DNA of 64,000 bases, from assembly GCF_037042905.1 (NCBI RefSeq), contig NC_087251.1:30568001-30632000 (forward strand), read 5' to 3'. The DNA is from Lytechinus pictus (taxonomy: Eukaryota). The notes under the pieces are model-generated. The model worked only from the letters and a program-made list of their open reading frames with translations. It was not told where the DNA came from and did not search any database. Shown here one piece after another: positions 12,523 to 23,570 of the stretch. How positions within the stretch are numbered: the first letter of the stretch is position 1; every line of letters begins with the position of its first letter. A program made the position numbers and the translations under genes.

Positions 12523-14084
12523 AGGATAGGTATATAACTTAGCAATTGATGCGAAGCGCGAGCACAAAATTGGAAGATTTAGACCTAAAAACAAGACATG
12601 TCTAGTCATGTCTTTTAAATCATCATGGAAAGGATGTCAAATTGCCGATCTTTGTTACTTTAATAATGCTCGCGCAAATTAGCGCGAGCATAAGATTTTT
12701 GTATACGTTTTGAACCGATCAAAAAGGTACCTGTTGAGGACTGCTTATTTCACTTAGCCATGGAGACGTTACATATTTCAACAATAAAATAATGCAAGCG
12801 CGAGCCGATTTTTTTTTTTACACTTCTACATAAAGAATGGAAAATTTTAATCAATTATTGTGACCATGAACAGGATCGTCGTTATAAAACAATTAATGCG
12901 AGCGCGAAGCGCGAGCGGAAAAAAAATCGACATTTAGACCTAAAAAATGGGACACTCTACTCCTGTTTTGTATAATAAGGATGAGTAATAGGGGTTCTTC
13001 CTACATAAAAAATGCGAGCACAAAGCGCTAGCAGAATTTTGTTTTTCAGAAACTGGATAATGGTTGAAATACTAAGAAGTTGAGTATCTAGATAGACATG
13101 CGCTCGCGTGTTTCCGATTTAGGCCTACAATCTAGGCATTCTGAATATATATTTTAACATGAAATTGAAAATCAAAGCGAGCGCGAAGCACGACCTTAAA
13201 ATATTTGACATTCTGATCTGAAAAAGGGGTCAATTTCAGCTCAAGTACTTTGTGAGGTGGATTTGGATCGCACTTAATAAAGAGCTGATAGATTTGACAA
13301 AGGACCGGGACATGAAAGTGATGAATATCTTCCTATTCCTCTTGCTAAGAGCGAGATGAAACAGAAAGGACAATTTAACCATTAAAATTAATATCTGATC
13401 TATAAATGCCTAATGAGGCGCGAAATCTGATGATAACATGGTATGAAAACTGGAAATTTCAAGCACTTTTGTAATTATGAATATGATGTATCAGGTAATA
13501 TTTTTAACCGTTTATGCGAGCGCAAGTCGCGAGCCAAAATTTTTATAAGGCCAAGTCACAAGGATTACCCTCCTTTTAACTGCCATTATCAATATGTTAC
13601 TACATTATAACCATGTATTTACTCTACATATGCATTAAATTATGTGAATCCCATAATCTTGAACCATTAATGCTTCTTTCTTTGACCCATGCTATTTCTG
13701 CCCATATATCTCTTGAGGGTTTTTTTTTTCTCTCTCAAGGTGTGTATGGCACATTGAGGAGTATAGAAGCATGTTGGAGATATTGAAAGGGGTAGAATAA
13801 TTGAATGAAATTCACGAATGGGAGAGATGCCGAGGGGGGGGGGGGGCAAAGATGTTGAGACAGAAAGGGGGTTTGAGAGAAAAGAGGGGAATTAACTATA
13901 AAGGAACAGCAGTCAGGAGAGGGAAAGAGAGAGGGGGGAGGAAATCGAAGGAAGATATGCATACGATAAAAGAGTCCTCGTAGAAAAAGTGAGAGAGAGG
14001 GGGGATATGGAACTGAGAGATCATAATGAGATAAGAAAGAAGTAGTAGTGCATGGGCGGATCTATCGCCAATAGGGGGGGGGGG

Positions 14085-14480
14085 TGCCAATTCGTCTGCG
14101 GCCAACTTGTCCACTCATTACATGGTCTACTTTCATTTAGTCTAATGCCAATCTGTCCATCAACATTTCGTCTAACAGCCATTGGTCCATTAACCATTTG
14201 GTCCAATCATCACTTCGTCTAATAACCATCTCGTCTATGACCATTTAGTCTCATAACCGGTTGGTCTAATACCCATTTTATTTTCATTCATTTTGCACAA
14301 TAATACACTTATAGTCCAATTAGATGAAATGGTATATGGACCAAATGGCTTTTGGGTCCACTGGTCATTAGACGGAATGGCATTAGACTAAATGAAAAAA
14401 AAAGACTATGTGGTGAATTGACGAACTGATGGACCAAACGATAGTAGACGAGTTGGCAATTAGACAAATTGGAAATAAAC
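14085..14480. mobile_element. MITE-like element with internal GTCTA/TAGAC subrepeats in inverted halves
   Basis: Ends CCAATTCGTCT.. and ..AGACAAATTGG; left half carries GTCTA/GTCCA units, right half TAGAC/GGAC units. Confidence 0.6.
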
Positions 14481-17378
14481 CGGGGAAGGGGCCGAAAAAT
14501 ATTTGCACCCGTATTTTCCACAATCAGCCGCTCAAAGTTAATAGGGGTAGTCCAAACAGTCACTTCTTTATTCTCATTAAACAGCATACACAAAACACAA
14601 TATACAATAATCTCATAGCCCCTATAGTGCAAGTGCGAAGCGCGAGCTAAAATATTTTTGAAATTTCATGTTTTTTATCCTCAAAATTGAACATTCTGGG
14701 CAATGTTTGTTAAATTGAACAAGATGCGTATTTTACTAAAATTGCTGCGAGCGCGAAGGAGCAAAAAAAAAAGTAAGTAAGAAAAGAGAGAAATATACGT
14801 TCTGGCCTGATCGAAAAGGGACTTGCTAATGGCGGTTTACGGTTAGCCAAGAAGACGATGCATATTTCAATCAAAATAATGCGAGCGCAAAGCTCGAGCT
14901 AAAATGTTTGAAATTCTGACCATAAAAATAGACATTCCAAGCACTTTGTGTATGAACAGAACACAGTGGGAGCACGAAGCGTGAGCGGATAACAATTGAG
15001 ATATATAGACCTAAAAAGGAACACTATTTTATATTTATGTTTTCTAAATCGTGAAAAGGGTGGGTAATTGGTTACCGTCTTACATTATTTTATAATGCAA
15101 GAGCGAGAAGAAATTTTTTTATATTCTAATCTGAAGCGAGATAATTTAAGCATGCTGTTTTCAATAAAGGATAAGCAGCCCGTCTCAATAAACATGCGTG
15201 TTCTAGAATTTGTGCATTCTTAATACACTTTTTATCACGGAAAATCAATAATGCGAGCGCGAAGCGCGAACTGATAATATTGGATATTCCGATGTAAAAA
15301 GGTCAAATTAAGCACTGCACTGTGCAGGAAAATAATCGTAAAGTGGACATGGATTGCTCTTAAAAAATGAGGCGAATGCAAAGCATGAGCTGAAGTTATT
15401 CTGGCCTAGGACCGGGACATTCTAAGGACATTTTTTCATCATAATTATGAATGTCTTCCGATTCCTCTTCCCAAGCGCAAAAAGAAACATGTCGATCTTA
15501 CATTTTGAAAAAGTGACAACTTAATTACGGTATTAGGAATTAATGAAATGTTATTAATATCTTATTTACTAATCTAATAAGCCTAATGAGAGCTCTAAAT
15601 TTGTTGATATTAAAGTGTTAACCCTGGACATTATAAGCACTTTTGTAATTATGAATATGATGCATTAATTACCGGTAACGTACTTTTAGAAATTAATGCG
15701 AACGGCAATTGCGAGCAAATTTTTAATTTAATAAACTTATTATTAACTAAAAAAACTGTCATGAAAAGGCGATTTTAAGTACTTTGATTTATATATATTT
15801 GAGGTATACATAACTCACCAATTTAAGCACGTGCGTGCAATGCTAGCTGATAAGATTTGACAATCAGACCTTAAAAAGTTATATTTTGATAAATTTATGG
15901 AATAGGGCCTACATGAAGAGAATAGGTACTCCACAAATGAAATAATGCTAGGGCACAGCGTGAGCTAAAAATGTTGATACTCAGATCATAAAACGAATAT
16001 TTTACAAAGCACTTTTTTATTGATTCGTTATACCTCGGTCACACTTTTTCTACGGCGAGTAGAAAACAGTCGTTTAAACATTTTTTTGTGCCAGCTAAAT
16101 ATAGGTGGTTTGAATAAAAATGAATAAAACGGCTGTTTCGACTCTCCGTACGGCCGCCGCAGAGCAAATGTGACCGAGGTAAAAATAAAAAAGAATAATG
16201 AAAGTTCAATGTCCTAGCTGACCGTACAGTATATGTTTTGTATTTTGACTGCAAAGCTTGAATGTCAAGCTCATATATATCAGCCTATTGAGCAATAATT
16301 ATGTACTCATCGAAAATGAGCAATGCGAGTGCGAAGCGCGAGCGAAAATTTCAATTTTGCATGTTCTTTTAAATCATCAAAGTCTCCCCTCCCTAATTTT
16401 ATTCCCTTTTCTCCCTCCCTTTTCCCCTCTTCCTTTTCCACTCTCTTTTCCTTCTGTTTCTTCTTCCTTTCTCCATTTTTTGGTCTTTCATCCGCCAACA
16501 GGGGGGGGGGGGGGTGACCGCCCCCTGGATCCTTCTATGGTAGCGATGGTGAAAGCATTTGAATTATTCACCTCACAGTGTTAAACGGGGAAAATAGGAA
16601 ATGGCTAAATTTTGAAAATCATTAATGTGGAGCCCTATTCAAGTTTAGTTTCATCTATATACACCTTGACAGGGGCTGATCCAGGATTTTCCAAAGTGGG
16701 GGCATTCAAGACCTATATGCTAGGAAAAAATCATTCCATACACAAAATTCCTGGGAAAAGTTGAAAAATAAGTCCTCACTTGAGAATGAACGACAAAATC
16801 CACTAACAAATATTTGATATATTACGGGAGGGGGCACCTTTATTTGTCTCCCCTTTCCTTATTCCTCATCCATTCCATAGGCAGATCCAGGTGCCGGACC
16901 CAATTATGGGCGGCGGCAACCCCTCCTACTGGCGGTGCGTTTTTTTTATTTTTTTTTATTTTTACGGCGCAGATCGGGGAGAAAAATTGTAGTCCCCCCC
17001 CCATTAGCAAAATTTTGATCTACCCCGGGTATTTGTCTGTCGTACCTTCCAGTAAATGAAACAACAAAATAAAAAAAATCACCGTTGCACTAGTATTAAA
17101 ATTTTTGCGAGTCTTTTTTTTTTCAAATATTTTTGTTTATAATGGTATTCATTAATTATAATTATAGTGGAGGTTCGCATCCCGAGAATGTGAAATGAAA
17201 AAAAGAAAACAAAAATTGCACTGAACAGGAAACACTAAACGTCCTTTTCAATTCCAATTTACTTAAAGTCATTCAAATAAAAAAATAAGCATAATTTTTT
17301 GATACCTTAACTTGTTCATCACGAATTACAATGAAGCCGACAATTATTTAGGTTTGTTTTGGATTAATCTTTATAATA

Positions 17379-17854
17379 ATTCACTTCAAATAAAATTCAT
17401 ACATTAACAGGAAAATATCACAGAAAATAATTTAAAAAAATTAATTGCAGTTGTATAAAACATCATAGAAAATAACATGACAGATAAATTTTATCTCGAC
17501 AGGCACACTGTTCATTCGATCATAAAACAATCGCGCTGTTTCACTCCTTGTACACGCACAACTCTATCAGTGTTGTTTCATCTTCATCTGTCCTCAATGG
17601 CAAGGACATCAGCATGATTCATTCACTTCAAATAAAATTCATACATACATATACAGGAAATATCAAAGAAAAAATTATATAACAAATCAATTGCAGTTGC
17701 ATAAAACACGATAGAAAATAACATGACAGATGAATTTTATCTCGACAGGCACACTGTTTCATTCGATCATGAAACGATCGCGCTGTTTCACTCATTGTAC
17801 ACGCGCAACTCTATCTGAATTGTTTCATCTGTCCTCAATGCGGCAAACACCAGC
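17379..17854 (+). repeat. Tandem duplication, about 242-bp unit x2
   Basis: ATTCACTTCAAATAAAATTCATACAT...ATCTGTCCTCAATG begins at both 17379 and 17621. Confidence 0.9.
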
Positions 17855-18995
17855 AGTGCAGTGACGATAATAAGTTGCAGTTGCACGTGCGCGGAGAATG
17901 AATTAAATTCGGCGGCTGAGTAAAGTCTAGCGAGAAAGGTACGTCACCAGCGAACTTCACGATAGACCACGCCTACTTGCCGAGGTAACCAACGTTGATT
18001 GACGGCCCATTTAGTTTTTTGAGTAGTATGAAAAAGTACAGGCATGTATAAACTTCATTTTAGTTTGAATTCATTAAAAAAAAACATTTTTCTTCTAATA
18101 TAGATGTTTCAAACATATTCCATGTGGAAAACATAATTTTTTAAACATTTATTGCTATATTTTTATCATGAAAAAAGGATTTCTTACGCAACAACAAGTA
18201 TGATATGTGTGGGCAAGAGAACTACCGTTTTAGCCATAAAGCATATTTTTTATGATTTTATTGTGAGCCTACTCAAGGATTTTTGTTTATTTTTTATGAA
18301 TTTCCAGACCAAGTTCAACAGCGCCGTCTCGAGCTTGCAATAACGCATGCGATCGCACGCATTTTTCTCCATAGCGAATACACGCGACGAAACTCTGTGG
18401 ATTTCTCGTGGATTTAACCTCCAAACGTCACTTTCGATACCACATGAAGGTAAGACACTTCATCCCACATTAGTCAATTTACATAAAGAAAACACAGGGC
18501 CTAATTTTTTTCACTAAGATGAACTAATTTGCTGAGGAAAAGCATTTCAATGCTCATTTTTGCCGTCGAGAACAGACGATGGTGGCAATGCACACTGTTT
18601 ACGCACTTGCAATTGGCTTTTCATTTGCCCATAGCAATTTTGCTCAGTGGATCGGCCGACCTTTTGGTAACTCTAATACTAGTGCCCTTACGGTATTGAC
18701 TATAGTTATAGTATTGTCATAAAAGTGATAAAACCAACACCAAATTTGTATGCGGTGTAACAGGCTTAACGTTGGACCTTAACAGTTAAGTTAGTTGTGA
18801 ATTATCACGAATTGATGCAATCATGCATGTGCAGTGCAGTACAGTGTCGCCTCGCACTCGCGCCTGGCAAGCCAGTCCCTCGCTCGCGCTCGAGCCGAGG
18901 GGACCGGGATGGTCGCCGTGGGCGTGGGCAGAACAAGACTCGGGTCTCACTCAAAACGCGGCGCATATACGCGAGTCAATAATCTGTATATTTAC

Positions 18996-19135
18996 CCCAA
19001 ATTTCTCCCAATAGAGTCATCTAATGTTCTCGCAGATATGATTCGAGCAGAACGTTGAAGACTTGACCTCGCTGCAATTCTTGCAGCTAAGGGTAATAAT
19101 CTGGAAAACTTTAATGACCGAAGAGCGGATGCCAT
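18996..19135 (-). CDS. LRPPRC: LRPPRC exon 1 (coding part; mitochondrial presequence-like MASALRSLKFSRLLPLAARIAARSSLQRSARIISART...)
   Basis: ATG in aaaATGG context; Arg/Ser/Ala/Leu-rich and acid-free for 38 aa; resembles the vertebrate LRPPRC start (MAALLRS). Donor GG|GTAAAT is phase 2, matching the acceptor of exon 1713-1930. Absent from the ORF track because it is under 60 aa. Confidence 0.85.
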
Positions 19136-19299
19136 TTTGATTATGTAGCTTCGCGCACGTGCTGTGACAATTCATTTGCTTATAGTACCGGTACGGTAGT
19201 CTGCAGGCACAGACCCTGATTGGAACTTTGAACAAGATTAGTGTGCCTCCACGCAAAGACTAGCACATACAAAACTTGCTGTTCCAATACAGGCCTTCA

Positions 19300-19476
19300 G
19301 TGTGTGTGTGTGTATTTGAGTTTTGTCAGACGTGTATCAATCAGATATGATTATTTACGTCTGGGACCGACCTTTAACGTCACCATCCGAAAGACGTGAC
19401 CAGGGCTCGAACCTCTGCATCAAATTGTAACTTCCCCGCATAGCTTGGATTACAGGCGCACGCCACAACGCCCAGT
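19300..19476 (-). mobile_element. SINE with 7SL/Alu-like head, Deu-like core and (CA)n tail
   Basis: Minus strand reads CTGGGCGTTGTGGCGTGCGCCTGTAATCCAAGCTA..GGTTCGAGCCC..GTCTTTCGGATGGTGACGTTAAAG..(CA)n. Confidence 0.75.
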
Positions 19477-19676
19477 ACACAAGTCATGAGTAGGCTACAA
19501 TTCAGACCCTTTACTCGAGTGAACGGTTTGCTAATTTCTCAGCAATTTTACAATTTCTTCCAGAATCCTTTGGCACATGTTTTTTATTTATACAAACAGA
19601 CACTTAGGTGGTAATTTTATTGGATTCTGTACGAACTCATTTTGAAATCGTCACCACAACTGGCATTTATCTTTAA

Positions 19677-20131
19677 AGGGATGGTCCAGGCTGAAAATAT
19701 TTATATCTAAATGAATAGAGTAAAATTCACAGAGCAAAATGCTGAAAATTTCATCAAAATTGGATAATAAATAATGAAGTTATTGAATTTTAAAATTTAT
19801 CAATATTTTGTGAAAACAGTTATGTGCACATCGTCATGAATATTCATTTTGGTGGGCTGATGATGTCACATCCCCACTTTCCTTTTTCTTATGTTATTAC
19901 ATGAAATAATAAATGTTTCATTTTTTTCATACATGTGTAAATGAGGTGTCTCCATTATGATGAAATAAGTTGCGGCAATAAATAATGCACTTAATCAGTT
20001 ATCAATCCAATTGTTTAATAAACAATAACTTCGTCATTTGTTATCCGATTTTGATCAAATTTTCAGCATTTTGCTTTGTGAATTTTACTCTACTTATTGA
20101 GATATAAATATATCCAGCCTGGACCATCCCT
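19677..20131. mobile_element. TTAA-flanked MITE (Kolobok-like, AGG..CCT termini)
   Basis: TTAA|AGGGATGGTCCAGGCTG ... CAGCCTGGACCATCCCT|TTAA. Confidence 0.85.
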
Positions 20132-20134
20132 TTA

Positions 20135-21058
20135 AGGGATAATCCGGGCTGAAAATATTTATATATGAATAAAGTAAAATTCAAAGAGCAAAATGCTGAA
20201 AATTTCATCAAAATCGGATAACAAATATGAAGTTATTCGCCCGTATTCTGATAGCAGGTTTAACTAATATTAAACTCAGGTTTAAAGTTGTGGTTTAAGT
20301 ATGGATAGCCAATTCTTACATAAATCACTAATGGTAGAGATATCATATTTCAGCTCATTTGGCTCTCAAATCATTCATAATTGTCTAGGAAGTATAAATA
20401 GATTATTGTCTTCACCATCGATGAATCAGGAAAGAGCATAGTAAACATAAGAAAAGTACAACTTGATAAAAAAAAAATTATGATTTTGGCTCATATACTT
20501 AATCCACAACTTTAAACCTGAGTTTAAGTTAAACCTGACTTCAGAATACGGGCCATTGCGTTTTAAAATTTATCAATATTTTGTGAAAACAGTTATATGC
20601 ACATCGTCATGAATATTCATTAGGTGGGCTGATGATGTCATATCCCCACTTTCATATTTCTTTATTATGTTATTACCCCGGTTATTACATGAAATCAAAA
20701 TTCACTTTTTCATACATGTGTAAATGATGTGTCTCCATTATGACGAAACTTTACATGAAATGCACTTGTCAATCCAATTGTTTTAGTTCGGGTAGAAAAT
20801 TTTGAATAAACCGCCAATAAACCAGCTAATTTCATATGACAAAATACAAAAGAACAAGTGGGATATGACATCATCAGATCACCTAATGAATATTCATGAA
20901 GACATGCCTAGAATTGTTCCAACGGAATAATGCAAATCTTTAAAATTCAATAACTTTGTTATTTGTTATCTGATTTTGATCAAATTTTCAGCATTTTGCT
21001 CTGTGAATTACTCCATATTTTGAGATATAAATATCTCCAGCCTAGCTGGACCATCCCT
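20135..21058. mobile_element. Second copy of the same TTAA MITE, carrying a nested insertion
   Basis: Colinear with 19677-20131; ends GGACCATCCCT|TTAA. Confidence 0.8.
20238..20554. mobile_element. PIF/Harbinger-like MITE, 3-bp TSD ATT
   Basis: TIR GCCCGTATTCTGA..CAGGTTTAAC / GTTAAACCTGACTTCAGAATACGGGCC; interrupts the host sequence GAAGTTATTG. Confidence 0.8.
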
Positions 21059-21062
21059 TTAA

Positions 21063-21676
21063 AGGTCAAGTCCACCCCAGCAAAAAGTTGATTTGATTAA
21101 ATAGAGAAAAATCAAACTAGAATAACGCTGAAAATTTCATCAAAATCGGATGTAAAATAAGAAAGTTATGACATTTTAAAGTTTCGCTTATTTTTTCACC
21201 AAAAAAAATAAATGCACAACTCAGTGACATGCAAATGAGTCAGTCGATGATGCCCATCACTCACTATTTCTTTTGCTTTTTTATTGTTTGAATTATACAA
21301 TACAGTATTTCATTTTTTATAGATTTGACCATAGGCTATAGGAACCGACTTGACTGAACCATATAGCATTAAACAAGGCTAATTCCACATGTTCAGTGAG
21401 GAATTAATCACTGTTTCACTTGACAATGAGGAGAAAATTAGAATATTTCACATTTTATATAAGAAAATACAAAAGAAATAGTGAGTCATCAGCTAGTCTC
21501 CTCATTAGCATACCGACCAAGATGTGCATATAACTGTTTTGTGAAATTAACCAAAACTTTAAAATGTCATAGTAACTTTCTTATCTTACTTCCGATTTTG
21601 ATGAGATTTTAGTGTTATGCTTGTTGGATTTTTCTCTTTTTATTCAAATCAATTTTTGTTGGGGTGGACTTGTCCT
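21063..21676. mobile_element. TTAA-flanked MITE (Kolobok-like), second family
   Basis: TTAA|AGGTCAAGTCCACCCC ... GGGGTGGACTTGTCCT|TTAA. Confidence 0.85.
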
Positions 21677-23195
21677 TTAAGGGTTAATGTGCAGCCTATA
21701 CTGAAGGCCCAAGTTTTTTATGTGCTAGTCTTTGCGTGGAGACACACTTGTTGAGCAAAGTTTCAATCAGGGTCTGTGCCTGCAGAATATAGTGTACTCC
21801 CTACGTAGTGGTATAGTGCAGTGGAGTGAACCATGATCTATTGATCTGAATATATAAGTGCCAGTGGTGCACCTATAATATCAAATGGTGTGAGCTCGAA
21901 ATTTTCAGCAATTTTTTTGTCAAACAGGGTGCTACTATATTATATTTCTCGCTAAAACAGGAAAACTCGAATCGCGAGCAGAATAATTTTGTGCAGATCA
22001 CCCCGAGCGGATTGTTATCTCAGTCAACAGGGAATGTGAGCGTGAAACGCACAAGCGAAACTTATTCCGACAGTAATTTCTAGAGGGTTTATCTACCATT
22101 ATAACACCTATATACCAGATTCCAGGGAGTATTTACTGCCTATGGTGAATATATAAAATACACGTAGCACCCCCAAGGAAAATCCAATGCCAGTGGGGCG
22201 GCACCTCCAGGCACACACTGAGCTATAGAGTGAACCACTGATCTATTGATCTGGATAGATCAGTGGTGTGAGTTAAGCATATATATAGGCCCCTTAGGCC
22301 CCTTTTTGACTTTCTAATTTACTCCATTGGCTCTCTTTTATTAGATAAGCAGTTTTCAGCAGCTTATTTTTGCCATTCATATATATAATCAAAAGGTACA
22401 AGCTAAAAATTTCAGCACTTTTTTTGTCAAAAAGGGTGTACGGTATTTCTCGCTAAAACAAAATACATGCAGGCAGGAAACTCGATATACCCTCGAATAT
22501 AGCGAGCAGATCGATGTGCAGATCAAGTCCGCCGAGCTGATTATCTTAGTCAACAGGGAAGTGAGCGCGAAAAGCAAGCAAAATTTTTATTCTGATAATT
22601 ATTACCAGAGAGTTTATCTATTTTGCATGGCATTTATATTAGAATTTAGGTCTAGATCGATCTATTCCCCCCCCCCCCATCACCTTTCTTCCTCCTCTTT
22701 TTATCATTCTCCCCTCCCAATTCCCTTTTTCTTACTTTTTTCTCTTCCCCTCTTTTATCGCCGCCAATAGGGGGTGAGCCGCTTCGTCCCCCCCCCCCCC
22801 CCCCCGATCCGCCTATACCCCTATATACACTGTCGGTGCCAGCTTGTTTGGTAGGTGTCTGCGTCTGTAGACTAGGTAATGTACATCAGGGTCTGGGACA
22901 AAACAGACTAATTTAGTCAACATGCGCTGACAAGCCCATGCTTGTGGCGAGGCGCCGAGGCTAGCGGAGCGAACCGTGTACTTTGGCCAGAAGTTTAGGG
23001 TGTGATTGCGACGCGACGCCGATGTGCGCCATCAGCATCCCTGCTCCTTCGCCCGCTCTCTCAGTCTCAGATCGCGACTGATCTGACTGAATCACAATTA
23101 TAATTCGCAAAGGTACTACTAGACGTCTACTAGTACTACTAAACTAGCTACTGGAAATCCTGTGAATCTTTGTAATTTGTTGCAAAAGCAAGACG

Positions 23196-23321
23196 ATGGC
23201 CGACACAAGTTCGAAAGATTTGCCTTTCAGGGTGGAGTATGCGAAAAGTAACCGTGCTTCGTGCAAGTCATGTCGCAACAAAATCGACAAAGAGTCATTG
23301 AGATTAGCTAAAATGGTTCAG
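23196..23321 (+). CDS. PARP1: PARP1 exon 1 (zinc finger 1, N-terminal half)
   Basis: [34 protein letters not shown]; donor CAG|GTAAGT, phase 0. Confidence 0.96.
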
Positions 23322-23429
23322 GTAAGTTATACTGATAGACTAAGTTACACTTACACTCAGTTAGCATGGTTAGGCGGCTACTGGAAATGCAATTGGGAAG
23401 ACTAGAGGAAATAGTATCAAGCTCCAGCG

Positions 23430-23570
23430 TAGTCAAAAGGGATGCTCATACTACTAGATACAGCTTCTTCCCTCGAACTACCAAAGATTGGAACGAGTTA
23501 AACATGGACACAACATTGATAAACTCATTAGACTCTTTCAAATCCAAACTCAATCAAAAACCTAGCAAGT
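23430..23570 (+). mobile_element. 3' fragment of a CR1/L2-group LINE ORF2
   Basis: YSFFPRTTKDWNEL...SLDSFKSKL is a typical C-terminal motif. Confidence 0.7.

Larger units (their letters stand above)
10912..16345. repeat. Two diverged copies of a long repeat with a periodic GCGAGCGCGAAGCGCGAGC motif
   Basis: Motif recurs roughly every 110-170 bp (e.g. 12897, 13178, 14629, 14881, 15252, 16325); colinear similarity between about 10950-13550 and 14480-15720. Confidence 0.75.
19199..21787. mobile_element. Outer inverted-repeat element (about 100-bp TIRs) hosting nested insertions
   Basis: TCTGCAGGCACAGACCCTGATTG..CCACGCAAAGACTAGCACATA..GGCCTTCAG at 19200-19300 is inverted at 21701-21786; TA on both flanks. 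Confidence 0.8.
19136..23195. promoter_or_regulatory. Divergent LRPPRC/PARP1 intergenic promoter region
   Basis: Start codons 4060 bp apart on opposite strands; CpG-rich patches near 18840-19200 and 22920-23130. Confidence 0.6.

Noticed and set aside
11085..16345. CRISPR-like repeat-spacer array
   Set aside because: Eukaryotic context, degenerate repeats, irregular spacers over 100 bp that are homologous between copies, and no cas genes.
19430..19476. Genuine 7SL RNA gene or human Alu contamination
   Set aside because: Similarity ends after about 45 nt with no S domain or Alu body, and the sequence is embedded in host-type repeats.
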